Shown: positions 49,111 to 61,077 of the stretch, piece by piece
Position numbering within the stretch: the stretch's first letter is position 1
How the letters are laid out: each line of letters starts with the position of its first letter
Source of the DNA: Rhynchopus sp. YZ270_cl-10
Taxonomy: Eukaryota
Direction of reading: 5' to 3'
Length of the DNA stretch: 64,000 bases
Assembly (NCBI GenBank): GCA_964035575.1
Contig: OZ037840.1
Coordinates: 1,612,001 to 1,676,000, forward strand
Translations under genes and position numbers: made by a program
Notes under the pieces: generated by a model
Told to the model about the DNA's origin: nothing
Database searches by the model: none
Seen by the model: the letters and a program-made list of their open reading frames with translations, nothing else

Positions 49111-49965
49111 TAAAACTCGTGTAATTTTGCAGATTATATGCCCTTTGTGTCACTCAATTGTAACCGAGAATGTAAGGCAGTGAGTATTTGATCTGCCCTT
49201 TATGTCGCGAAATACTATGTTTGGTGTTTTGACGTCTTCCAAGCAGATGGATATTCCCTCACTTGCACGCAATCTACCGAGGAACCGACTGCCTTTCTCA
49301 AAAGCCAGTACATGTCGGGGTGTCGAGGTCCGTGTCAATACAAAGCGGACCAAGTCGCTCGAGGTTTGAAAACCGCAAGAACTCGTCCCATTTCTTCTTG
49401 TACACCTCCTTGCTTCTCATACCCGCTGAGACTTGGTATCCGTAAGTGTCATACATCCTGTCCTTCTTCGTTTTGGCAGTGTTTGAGGGGAGTGATGAAA
49501 AAGTTCTTTTTTTTACTGAGTGATTTTTTTAACCAAAAGAAAACCGACGCAGGAGCTTTTCTGGAACTGTTTTATTCTCCTCACCCCAACAACATCACAT
49601 TTCAGAAAAACATTGTTTTTTCGTTTTTGTTCACTTTCTTTTCTTCTCCCTCACACCTGTTTGCTGTGAATTAAATTTTTTCGTTTCGGCCTGGTCGCAA
49701 ACGCGAGTTTTCCTGGAAGCGCAGGAAAAATGACTGGGGAGTGTTGGTGGCTCCGTGACGCCACAGAGCCGGCACACTCGTTGAGTGCCTCACAAAACCT
49801 CAAATTTATTCCGCTTTGATTTCATTTATTGTCTTCACGCTTTATCGTTGTTGTTGGGTTGGGAAATAATATTTCATTCTCCCATACATTCTCGGTTACA
49901 ATTGAGTGACAAAGGGCACATTATCACCCACCTTTGTGGGAATTCACAAAATTACACGAGTTTTA
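49111..49965. mobile_element. inverted-repeat-bounded element with a second YR-like fragment
   Basis: taaaactcgtgtaattttg...gtcactcaattgtaaccgagaatgta is mirrored at 49884-49965; the minus strand at ~49360-49470 reads GMRSKEVYKKKWDEFLRFSNL. Confidence 0.55.
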
Positions 49966-52039
49966 TCCCCTTTTTTTACCACATTAACCTCACCTTTCCC
50001 GATAACTGCGTTTCTACACCATACATTTCATTCATTAATCACACTCCACATTTACACTCATCACAGGATCGTGAAATCTGAACTGCATCTGCGATTGTGA
50101 TGAGAAGCCTCGCCGCGTCTCCGACATTCAGCAACTCAAAATCCAAAGAGTATCACCCGCATCAATCCATTCTGAGTTTGCGGACTAAGATCTGGGGTGG
50201 AAGGGGGATGGGTACACTTTGTCAGTCACTGCTATTGCCATTTAACCCAGGGAGCATAGCTAGTGCAAGAAATTCGACTTTGGAAACCTTCCGGAAAGTC
50301 TGTCCTCTGCTTGCGGAGGACGAGGCACAAGAAAATATTGCGTTCCCCCAGAAAACCAGTGCACATTTCACACTCCTTGTGGGTGGTCTTGTTGCCTTTT
50401 TGTCACAGTAATTTTGGCCCAGGCATGCTCTTGAAGCATGACAATTTAGTGTGTATGGGGCAGGGTGTTGTTTTGTTCTGAATTCTCTTTGTTATAACAT
50501 CTAAGTCAATCGCGGGTGGTGGTTTGTGTAGCGTGAGGCACTCTTTTTAACAAACTTCCTGCGGCTGCTAAAGTGTTATTTCTTCGGATTTAACAACGTA
50601 CAGCGTAACATAGTGGATTCGCCTGGTCGACACAACCTTTGATAGATATGGGATAACCAACCCCCTTCGACCCCTTGTGGGTTCACTAAACAAGCCCTCG
50701 TGGTAGTTAAACGCGATTGACATTTACATTCCTAGAGATGAAAGAACAAGACAACACTTCTGTACCCGCGCATCAAAATTGTGGAAAACTTTGCACCCCA
50801 AACACCCTCAACAACGCCCGCCAAAAGGCGCCCCTTGTTGCTGGGAGTTGGTTCTCATGTTTGATACCTGCACAGCGGGCATTCCTCTGAGTCCAACGCA
50901 TGTTTGGCCTGTCTGCGGCGTTGTACTTCAGGTGCACGAAGACAGGGTCTGGTGGTAAATTTTGCGTAGTGTCGCATTCCCTCATGTGTGGGTCACTCAC
51001 ACTTGGCGGTCATGTGCCACTGCGTGGGTCTGGGAATTTGGGTACCTGGGTACAGGAAATTTGTTGTCCGTTCATTCGGTTATACCTTGACTAGCGGCAG
51101 AGGCCTTTTTGGTCTCTAGAATATCCGGTCTTCCCGAACGGAGGCACACTTTGTGTGTTACTACGACCTGGCAATTTCCAGCAGTAGGTTAAGTAATCTT
51201 TCTTGTAAATTGTTGGATCATTATCTCCTCAGTGCATGAATGCCCCACGTGACTGGACACTTTTGGTACCTGGGCACCTGGGTGTGCCTGTCGGACCCCA
51301 GGGTCCGGCAGTCGGACTCAGGGGTCCGACTGTGAGTCCGACAGTCGGACCCCCTCGGACTCCGACAAAAGGGTCCGACATTTCCAGGACAGACTGCACC
51401 GTGCTGAAAATTGCGGACATTTTGGGTTTTTTCACCGGGGTTGTACACGATTTTGACCAAAGATTTATAAAAACTCGTCCATTTCGGCAAATTGACCCCA
51501 CCACACAATGGACGGATTCCGAAAATGCAAATGCCAGTGTTTTCGCGTATTTTCATGGTTTCAGCATCAGGGAGAGAAAATCTGGGTAATGTGGGATTTA
51601 CCTTGGCCCCTTTACCTTACACTCATTTTGACCAAAACCAAGAACTTGGCCACTTCGGCAAATTGACCCCACCACAGCGCGGAGAGATTCCGGAAATGCC
51701 AATCGCGGTATGTTTTGGGGCTGAAAACCCACTGTTTTTCCAGGGGAAATTTTTCGATTTCAGCAGTATTTGTTGGCCCGAAAATGGGCCCACCAATTAG
51801 TGACCGGGCTCATATTTTCAAAAATTTAAGTGGTCAAAAAATTGTCCAATTTTCAACATCGACCCCACCACTTTCTGGACGGATTCCGGAAATGCCAAAA
51901 AACTGTGTATTGGGTCACGAATCCACGCCATGTCACCCAAAAACCAGCGGGAAAAAAAAAAAAAAAAATGTCCGACCCCCCCCCCACCCCCCCGCCTCCA
52001 AAAAATTATGCGGAAATTGTCCGCCAAAATGTTTTATAT

Positions 52040-52971
52040 CAGCCAAAATCTGCTTAGCCGTATACAAAGGCCTGTTTTTGGAGCCACTTTAAAGTGATAA
52101 AAAATCCGCCAAAAAAATGTTGTGACCCCGGAATTTTTTCAGATCGATCCGGAAATTCATATACGCGCCTTTTCGAGTGAAAATATTACACCTCCGGCCT
52201 CTCAAACGTACTTGACCGTGGACAGGTGGATTTTATCAATTTTATGGCCCGGGCACATTCTGAAAAAAAATATTCTTGGAAAGATAGGGTGCGAAAACGT
52301 TCAATTCCGGGGTCGGACGGTCAAAAATATGCATCTGGGGCGAGCGAGTGGGCGGCGGGAGAATGGGTACTATGTACTGGGTACTGTACAGTGTACTATG
52401 TACGGTGAGGAAATCTCCTCTTTGGGTCCAACACAGCGATGTCTCTAAATTAGATTTTTTTTGTCAAAAATTGTCGATTTTTTTTGTCAAAAATTGTCGA
52501 TTTTTTTTTCTTTGGATTTATTTTTGACAAATCTTTCAATTCCGACCATTTTTGTCAACTGGAAACACACTCCACGGTATGCAACTTTTGGTGGAGCCGA
52601 CCACTCTTTCTGCACTGAAAATCCCCTGTATTACATGCACAAAGCATTGGAGCCACTTTTTTTTTACTTCTACTCCACTAAAATGGTCGATTTTTTTTTC
52701 TATGAAACGCGGGGAGCTCGGAAATCCATATACGCCCATTTTCGGGGTGTTTGGAAAATAAGTTCTCACCTGAGGCGGCGGAGAGCAAAAGTGAAAAAAC
52801 TGCCGACGTCATTTCAGAAAATAATATTTTTTTATTTTTTTGAAATTTTTTTGGGATTGAAATCAGGGGATCGAAATGAGTTAAATGCGGGGTCGTAGGC
52901 TCAAAAAATTGCATCTGTGGTTTATTAAGTGAACGAGGCCCCGAAGTATACGGCTAAGCAGATTTTGGCTG
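52040..52971. mobile_element. TIR element inserted in the right TIR of the 39683-52983 element
   Basis: atat|cagccaaaatctgcttagccgtatac ... gtatacggctaagcagattttggctg|atat (TSD ATAT, or TA if the termini are 1 bp longer). Confidence 0.8.
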
Positions 52972-55104
52972 ATATACCTTCCCCTTTTCGCCAGACTTTT
53001 TTTTAGTCTGGCAGAGTCTGGCAGACTAAAAAAAGTCTGGCGAAAAGTCTGGCGAGAATAAAAAGTCTGGTGAAAAGTCTGGCGAGAGAAAAAAAAAGTC
53101 TGGCAAAGTCTGGCAGACTCCAGATTTTTGAAAAGTCTGCCAGACTTTGCCAGACTTTTATTTTTCTCGCCAGACTTTTCGCCAGACTTTTTTTTTCTCG
53201 CCAGACTTTTTTTTTAGTCTGCCAGACTTTTTTTTTTGCTTTTTAAAGTCTGGGAAGTTCCAAAAAAAGTCTGCCAGACTCTGCCAGACTCTGCCAGACT
53301 ACCATCTATGTCACACGCGCTGGTTTTTGTATTTCGCTAAATTTTTTTTATCAAAAAATCTTTCACCGCTGTTACCCGAGGGTTTTGTATTTCTAGGTCA
53401 AAATTTTCTTTACTTTTGGTGACTCAAGAAAGCATTACGCCTTACAGCCTTCACGCAACATTTTTTGTTTGAGTGTCGTACTCTTTTACGGATTTTGTGA
53501 AGAACAAATCGCTGCTCTCCCTGTGACAGTGGTCTGAAAAATTAAGCAAAAAATTGTTTGCACTCTCAACTTATTTGGTTCTTTTAATGTAAAGGCAAGC
53601 ACTAGAGGGCTTAGGTGCATCTTTCATAAACTTTTTAATTTACAGTCTCTGTTTTCTTCCCCCCGCTCAACATTCACACAAAATAAATTCAACACTCAAG
53701 ATCCAAATATTTGCAACAACAAATAGTGATGGTTTTTTCATGCTTTTGAACACTAGGCTCTGTCCCATTTTTTTTTTTTTTTTTTTTTTTTTCACTGTAA
53801 CCTATATACCATGGTAGGCGTGACGCTGACTACACGGTAGTTATTGGTTGGAACACTAGGCTCTGTCCCATTTTGTTTTGTCCATTTTGTTTATGATGAA
53901 AATACCATTTTTGCCTCTTCTATTGGTGTGCTATTTTTCTGCTATTTTTCTGCTATTCTGGGCATCTGGATTTTATTTGGTGCGGCTGAAGGGAGGTGCT
54001 ATTTTGTGCTCTAGGATATTTTCTGCTATTTTGGGGTCGGTCAGCCACACTACCTATTCAACAATGCTGTGAACAACTCCCGTTTCCTGAAGAAAAATAG
54101 TGAGACCAGGGTTTCATCCGGAGGTCAGTCGAAGGTGTGCCTGCATCAATAACTGGAATCGAAATTAGAAGGGAAAAAAATTGAAAGTGGAGATTGCACA
54201 AACTGTGGCAACACAACCGAGGCAACTACACTACTACAATTTATCAAAAACACTCAAATGGACATTCTTGGGACAGAGTAACATAAAGCAAATGCAGGTC
54301 AAGCCACAGGATCTTAGTGATGTTCTTGTTTTGTTCTGATGCAATTCCCTTACAACATGCGTGGGCAAAGTCGAGGAACTACCTTCACACACAGTCTTTG
54401 CGCACCACCACCGCCTGCCCCCCTCATTTAATTTTGTTTTATTATAGGTCAAACGCAGCTGACAGGGGAAGTGCTACGGTCGCTCCTAACTGTTTTCACC
54501 CTTACTTGTGCTCCTTCTCACACATCACTTTCTGTACTTCAGGACTCGGTGGAAGCGTACAACTAACAAACCTCTCCCCCTATTTCGTTTCCCGTTTTTC
54601 CTGTGTGGGCGAAGATAGTTATTGACACCGTAGTATTTTTTCACTCCGGAGTGTCAGTGCCTGCGTCCCATACAGGCGTTTTTGCACTATCAACTTCACT
54701 TTATTTATTCTCATTTTTTATTTTGTTTCTGTTCCCCCCTTTTTTCCTCCTTGACCAGCGGCTCAGAGGGATTGGCTCTACAATTATCCTCTAACACACG
54801 GCGAAACGGGAGTTTTTTCGTTTTTTTTTTTAATTATGCAAAACAAATTTTGTGCTTTATGTCTAGGCCCGTTGGCTGATATTGTCTGTTCCGCTTCGCC
54901 TTGCATAGCCTCTTTCGGGGACCTGCACGCGATCCACCATTCAAGCTAAAAATAGAAAAATACTCATTCCCAAATGTCTCAAGATTGAGCCTAAGCTACG
55001 ATTAAAGAACCAGTTCTAAAAAAAAAAAGATATTGGAAGCATTTTTGGGCACAAAAACGGAGATAAAAAGTGAGCGAGTTTTTTTCTTCTCCTGAACAAC
55101 CATA

Positions 55105-55346
55105 CTTCGTAGGTCCGCTGGAGTCCGCCCTGAGTTGAGACGCACTATGGCGGACTTTGAAAGTCCGTCTCGAGTCTGCCCCAGTTTTGGCGGATTTGAG
55201 ACGGATTTTCAAAGTCCGCCATGGTCCATCTCAATTCCGCTAAAACTCGGGCGGACTTTAGATGGACTTAGCAGACTCCGGCAGTCTGGGAGGACTCAGT
55301 CAAAAAAGTCCGTCTCAACTCGCATGACTCAAGCGGACTACGAGGG
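55105..55346. mobile_element. palindromic MITE
   Basis: cttcgtaggtccgctggagtc / gactcaagcggactacgaggg, with an inner inverted repeat atggcggactttgaaagtccgtctc / gagacggattttcaaagtccgccat. Confidence 0.65.
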
Positions 55347-56026
55347 ATGAATAATACGTTGTTGCTGTCAACGCACAGCAACCACTCTGCAGTTCACGCT
55401 CCCCTTTTTTTTTTCCCCACTGTTTTTGTTTCCCCCCGGGAACAAACAAAAATCGATCTTTCTTTCCCCCCTTTTTTGTTTCATAAAACCCCCTTTTCAA
55501 AAGTGGCAGGAGGCGTTCCTGTTTTTATTGCTCAAATCTTTTTAGTCTAAAAGCCTTCAGGTGAGTGTGGACAGAACCTGTTGCGAGGGAGTTGAACAAA
55601 ACACTGTGAAAGAGAAAACCGATGCAGGAGCCCTTTATCGGAAACTGTTTTATTCTCCGCCAACACAGAAAAAACTTTTTTACAACGTTTTTTTGCTGTT
55701 CGTCTCTCCTTAACTCTCTGTTTTCATCTTTTTTTAATGGTTTCCAAAAAGTACTGATCTTTCATTAGAGAGAGAAGGTGTAACGTGATAGTCAATGCAA
55801 AACAGAAAACAGGAAAAAAAAAGAAGGTTTCAACCCATCCCTTTACGGCTTACCCTATAACTTTGAAGATGCATCAACCCTTCATTTCCAGATGTAAACC
55901 ACCGAAATGGATTGTAGGACTGCATGGTTTGTGGTCCACCCCACGGTACACCCGGTCATTTGTACCAACCGGTACACTGTTCATGAGAGGGGCTTTGTGT
56001 TTCAATTCAACTTTGGGAAAATGACT

Positions 56027-57922
56027 ATAACACCCACGTTACTAATACCCATTTACGATAATACCCACTGGGTATTATCGTAAAGTTTTTGGGTATTATG
56101 GTAAACTATTTGGGTATTAGTTTTGGGTATTATCGTAAACTTTTTGGGTATTACCCAGGTACCCAGGTACGATGTGATTTAGCTGGCTACTCGCGCAAGG
56201 TATCAGAGGCGCTCGCACGCTGGTGAATGTGCAGACAAGGTATGGTTTCATCGACCCCAGAGAAAATACAATTTTCACTAAATATATGGGGGTTTTTACA
56301 CAACTTTTTGCATCCCTGTCTTACATCCTCAAATTCAGGGTAACCATTTTTCTTGACAATTAGCAATTTATCTTTCTCCAAGCGACATAACTTAATTACA
56401 CCCACATTTACACTCATCACAGGATCGCGAAATCTGAACTGCATCAGCGATTGCGCTTCTCCGTCTCCGACATTCTACACCTCAACACACGAAGACCTGG
56501 GTGGGAACATTTAGTCAGTCACTGCTATAGCCATTTAACCCAGGGAGCATAGCTAGTGCAAGAAATTCGACTTTGGAAACCTTCCGGAAAGTCTGTCCTC
56601 TGCTCGCGGAGGACGAGGCACAAGAAAATATTGCGTTCCCCCAGAAAACCAGTGCACATTTCACACTCCTTGTGGGTGGTCTTGTTGCCTTTTCGTCATA
56701 GTAATTTTGGCCCAGGCATGTTCTTGAAGCATGACAATTTAGTGTGTATGGGGCAGGGTGTTGTTTTGTTCTGAATTCTCTTTGTTATAACATCTAAGTC
56801 AATCGCGGGTGGTGGTTTGTGTAGCGTGAGGCACTCTTTTTAGCAAACTTCCTGCGGCTGCTAAAGTGTTATTTCTTCGGATTTAACAACGTACAGCGTA
56901 ACATAGTGGTTTCGCCTGGTCGACACAACCTTTGATAGATATGGGATAACCAACCCCCTTCGACCCCTTGTGGGTTCACTGAACAAGCCCTAGTGGTAGT
57001 TAAACGCGATTGACATTTACATTCCTAGAGATGAAAGAACGAGACAACACTTCTGTACCCGCGCATCAAAATTGTGGAAAACTTTGCACCCCAAACACCC
57101 TCAACAACGCCCGCCAAAAGGCGCCCCTTGTTGCTGGGAGTTGGTTCTCATGTTTGATACACTGCACAGCAGGCATTCCTCTGAGTCCAACGCATGTTTG
57201 GCCTGTCTGCGGCGTTGTACTTCAGGTGCACGAAGACAGGGTCTGGTGGTAAATTTTGCGTAGTACTGCGACGTGGTACTGCGTGGGTCTGGGAACCTGG
57301 GTACCTGGGTACAGGATATTGGTTGTGTAAGACATCTTCCACCATGCATTGAGGAGGGTAAGACAGTGGTCGCAATTTCTACTTGATAGCATTACAACAT
57401 TTAACTTCTCCACGGGGGTCTTGGGCCGTTCATTCGGTTATACCTTGACTAGCGGAAGAGGCCTTTTTGGTCTCTAGAATATCCGGTATTCCCGAACGGA
57501 GGCACACTTTGTGTGTTACTACGACCTGGCAATTTCCAGCAGTAGGTTAAGTAATCTTTCTTGTAAATTGTTGGATCATTATCTCCTCAGTGCATGAATG
57601 CCCCACGTGACTGGACACTTTTGTGTTTGTCATGTGGAGCTGTGGTTGCTCTTTCACGACTTTTTTCCTGTTCCTGGGTACCTGTTCCTGGACCTGGACC
57701 TGGGTACCTGGGTACCTGGGTACCTGGGTACCTGGGTACCTGGGTACCTGGGTACCTGGGTACCTGGGTACCTGGGTACCTGGGTGCCTGGGTACTACCC
57801 AACCTGGGTAATACCCAAAAAGTTTACGATAATACCCAAAAAGTTTACGATAATACCCAAAAAGTTTACGATAATACCCAGTGGGTATTATCGTAAATGA
57901 GTATTAGTAACGTGGGTGTTAT
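56027..57922. mobile_element. TIR element with aatacccaaaaagtttacgat subterminal repeats, carrying core X
   Basis: ataacacccacgttactaatacccatttacgataatacccactggg... is mirrored at 57870-57922; (CTGGGTAC)n at ~57698-57785; TSD ambiguous. Confidence 0.8.
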
Positions 57923-58052
57923 GATAATTACCCCTTCAACTTTTTCCTTTCCTCCTTCATGAAAATCTTAGATTTTACCCCCTTTTTTTAAGGGTTGACA
58001 AAACTACCGAAACAGAAATACACAAAACAAAAACAAATAAAAAAAACAAACA

Positions 58053-58295
58053 ATGCGGGCAGTCGTGACAGCACTGCTTCTGTGTGGTGCCGCACTCTGT
58101 GCGCACGCTGTGCAGAGTCAGGACCCGGAGATCGTGCCGAGCGGCGGCACCTTCCCGTCTGAGGTGAAGGCGCGCATCATCGCAAGCGAGCGTAAGGAGA
58201 ACGTGCTCCTGTTTTATACTGTGAGCCCTTGCTGCTGTACCTGTGCGTGCTACAACCCACCTAGCGCAACAAAGAGCGAGAACGGTATTGATAAG
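58053..58295 (+). CDS. exon 1 of a type I membrane protein with CHB_HEX_C/Fn3-associated-like repeats
   Basis: Signal peptide MRAVVTALLLCGAALCAHA; PEIVPSGGTF...LFYTV; donor AAG|GTATT at 58296, phase 0. Confidence 0.75.
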
Positions 58296-58690
58296 GTATT
58301 ATTTATTCCAACATACAATTGTGGAAATTTTCCTCGGAGATATTTACTTCACCTCGGGGGGGCATATCACACCAAAAAAAACACCGATTAAAAAACTACG
58401 GTAAGGATTTCAGGATTTCAAAAACTCTAAGGAGAGCTTTTTACCATGTTTGTTGTTGTACCGCCCTCATTTCTCTTAAGTCATTAGGTTTCCTTTTTAC
58501 ATCTACTGTTGTAGGACGTAGGGTACTGCTGTCATCGGGATGGCTGGCATCGTATGTGGGTCAGTGTGCATCAACAATCCACAGTTTGTTGTGCGACTGT
58601 ATAGGACAAAAAAACCATTTTTTTGTGAGAATTCAAATATCAACTTTTTTTCCCTTTTTCCCCTATCATAAACCACCACACCACACCTAG

Positions 58691-59626
58691 GTCTCTCGCG
58701 AGCTGGATTCCCTTAGCAAACCGATCCTAGTCACAGCAGAGGTAACGTGCATAGCCGCATTGGCAGTGACCCTCGGCAGCGAGCCTTCAGGGATCGTCAA
58801 ACAGGAGTACCGTATACAGGGAGCCTCTGGTGGGTTCGGCGCGCCTGTCATCCACCCCAAGCGTGGAAAGTACAGTGGTTTTGTCAAAGTGAACATCACA
58901 AAGGCGGATGGAAGCGCGCCGGCCTCCGGCGAAAAATTTCTCTACACAATAGACGGGACGGAGCCCACGGTGGATAAGGGGTTGGAGTACAAAGGCGGCT
59001 TCGAAATCCACAGCCTAGGTGTACACTCTGTAAAGGCGATTCTTGTGAGCACGGACAGTGCGGGGAAGAACACTGCGTCTATGCACTGTTATCGTGACCT
59101 TGAGGTGGTGCTTGCGGCGGCATACGAGCTGGCCCCTGCTGAGCCGGAGCAAGGCAAAAGCATGACAATTATGTTTCAAGGATTCAAGCCGACAATGAAG
59201 ACAAAGGTTTTCGTTTCCACTGCAGACTGCTCCAAGAAACACATGAAGCTGACTCATGAACTGCGTGGATGCAACTGTGCGCAGGGACGCATTCCCGTCA
59301 GCCCAAGCCTCCTTTCCCTCACATTCCTCCCCTTAGAAAGCAGCGACACAGTGTACGTCTGTCTCTCACGGAACAATGGAGAGACGTGGACGAAGCTGAA
59401 GCGTGCCTCAACGAAGAGGTCCACCTTCTCGATTGGTGCAGGTGGGCGTGGTGCTGTTGAGAGCGAAGAACAGAACGAGCTCGTGGAGGAGGACGTGACC
59501 CCGCCCATGAGCGAGGCGGAGCTTCGCAAGCATGCTGAGACGCCTAACAAAGGGGAAAAGGGATGGAGCATCGAACCCTTCGTTGTGGTGGTGGTGATCC
59601 TGGTATGTTTCTTTGCTCTTTCCTGA
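58691..59626 (+). CDS. exon 2 of the same membrane protein
   Basis: Acceptor cctag| at 58690, in frame with ORF 58760-59626; PVIHPKRGKY...FLYTIDGTEPT...YKGGFEI...VKAI repeat; terminal hydrophobic helix. CTG|GTATGT at ~59603 may be a further donor, so the 3' end is uncertain. Confidence 0.75.
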   Translation, partial: VSRELDSLSKPILVTAEVTCIAALAVTLGSEPSGIVKQEYRIQGASGGFGAPVIHPKRGKYSGFVKVNITKADGSAPASGEKFLYTIDGTEPTVDKGLEYKGGFEIHSLGVHSVKAILVSTDSAGKNTASMHCYRDLEVVLAAAYELAPAEPEQGKSMTIMFQGFKPTMKTKVFVSTADCSKKHMKLTHELRGCNCAQGRIPVSPSLLSLTFLPLESSDTVYVCLSRNNGETWTKLKRASTKRSTFSIGAGGRGAVESEEQNELVEEDVTPPMSEAELRKHAETPNKGEKGWSIEPFVVVVVILVCFFALS

Positions 59627-60646
59627 CAACAAACTTGAAGCCAGCGCAGCTGATGCTGTGCGATAACGAATATGATCAAGGTGACTAAGCACAGAGAGGC
59701 TTAGGATCATCTTAATAAGCTTTTCTTTTTTTAGTTTACAGAGGCGCTTTGTTTTAATAAAAAACTCAAATAACAGGGCACCGGAATGATCTTCATCTTC
59801 AAAAAGGGGTAAGACTTTTAAACAAAAAAACAAATATGGGGATACTGTGGGTGGTTTTGTGGGTGGTTTCAGTGCTCTTCAATGCATGCTTGGCGTGTAG
59901 AGGTGACACCGTTTAGAACGGACTAGATATTTTCTTTTAATTAATCCAAAGGTGATCTGCGGGGAGAAGGACCCCAGTCATCTTAGCAAAGCTCTTAGCA
60001 AGCTTACTCCCTCCCCCCTTTTAAAAACTGCGCACTGCTTTCTGTCAATACGTTGTTTGCCAACACCCCCTTTAAAGTTCATAACTTAGTTGTCCCACAG
60101 TGTAATGTGTGCTGCAGACGGTCCATTATTGAAGATTTCAAAACTCATTGGCAGTTTTTTTTTCAGAGATTTGTTGAGTGTGTGACCTGATTTTTTTTCC
60201 TGAAATTTTGTGGGGGTTTAGAGGGGGTTGGAGAGAAACCAAATTCCACCGAAAAATAATAAAACCTACATTCTTGAACTCTTCCTGCCGACGTGATTTT
60301 CATTGGACGCATCCGTACGCGAATAACCGTACGCGTACCGCTGTGTCTGTTGTATACGAAAACAAAAAATTAAAGGGGAAATTATGTGCACACCAACAAA
60401 GAGGGAAAGCTGACCTATTTCTTTTCCCAGCGTGGGTATTCCTAACACCCCCTTTTTTTTTGTCTGAGGATGGATGCGATCAACAAAACAACAAATAAAT
60501 AAAGAAGGGGTAGTTATAGTGGAGTTCATCCTCGGGTTGGCTGCACTAATACAACGAAGCTTTCACATAAAGAAAAGGGTATTTCATTTTTGCCTCTCGC
60601 CTCTGAGACTGAAGGTTTTTTGTTTTTTCAAGATCTTTTCTAAAAT

Positions 60647-61077
60647 CATGGATGTCCAAAGTACTTGAAGTATATCAAGTACTTGATCCCCCAAAAAATC
60701 CAATACTTGATACTTCAAGTACTTGACACCCTATTTTTTTTTCTAGTACTTTTTTACTTGTTCTCCCTCTGTCAAGTACTTTTTTCACAAAAAAAACGTC
60801 AAGTACTTGATCAAGTACAAAAAAAAAGTGGGTACTTGATCAAGTACTTGACGTTTTTTTTTGCGAAAACAAGTACTTGACAGACTCTGCCAGAGGGTAA
60901 AAAAGTAAAAAAGTACGAGAAAAAAAAATAGGGTATCAAGTACTTGATTTATGTCAAGTACTTGATCAAACTTCAAGTACTTGACTGTCATTTTGAGAGG
61001 AAAAAAAAGGGGGGTCAAGTACTTCAAGTACCATAAAAAATCCGAAAAAAGTACTTCAAGTACTTTGGACATCCATG
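60647..61077. mobile_element. MITE with CATGGATG termini and 6-bp TSD
   Basis: taaaat|catggatgtccaaagtacttgaagta ... tacttcaagtactttggacatccatg|taaaat; internal aagtactt palindromes. Confidence 0.88.

Larger units (their letters stand above)
46633..51403. mobile_element. nested CACG-ended TIR element, 2-bp TSD (CT), carrying core X and Crypton-like fragments
   Basis: ct|cacggtgcggtctgtc ... gacagactgcaccgtg|ct; subterminal gtccgacagtcggac palindromic repeats at both ends. Confidence 0.8.
39683..52983. mobile_element. nested TIR element with GGG termini and 3-bp TSD (PIF/Harbinger-like)
   Basis: ctt|gggaaggtatataaaacattttggcggaca; the right TIR tgtccgccaaaatgttttatat...accttccc|ctt is restored once 52040-52971 is removed. 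Removing the whole element restores the host repeat cagacttttcgccagac. Confidence 0.8.
39593..53310. mobile_element. outermost TIR element of the nest (CATAGATG termini, 6-bp TSD)
   Basis: tcacac|catagatggtagtctggcagagtctggcagac ... gtctgccagactctgccagactctgccagactaccatctatg|tcacac. Confidence 0.85.
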
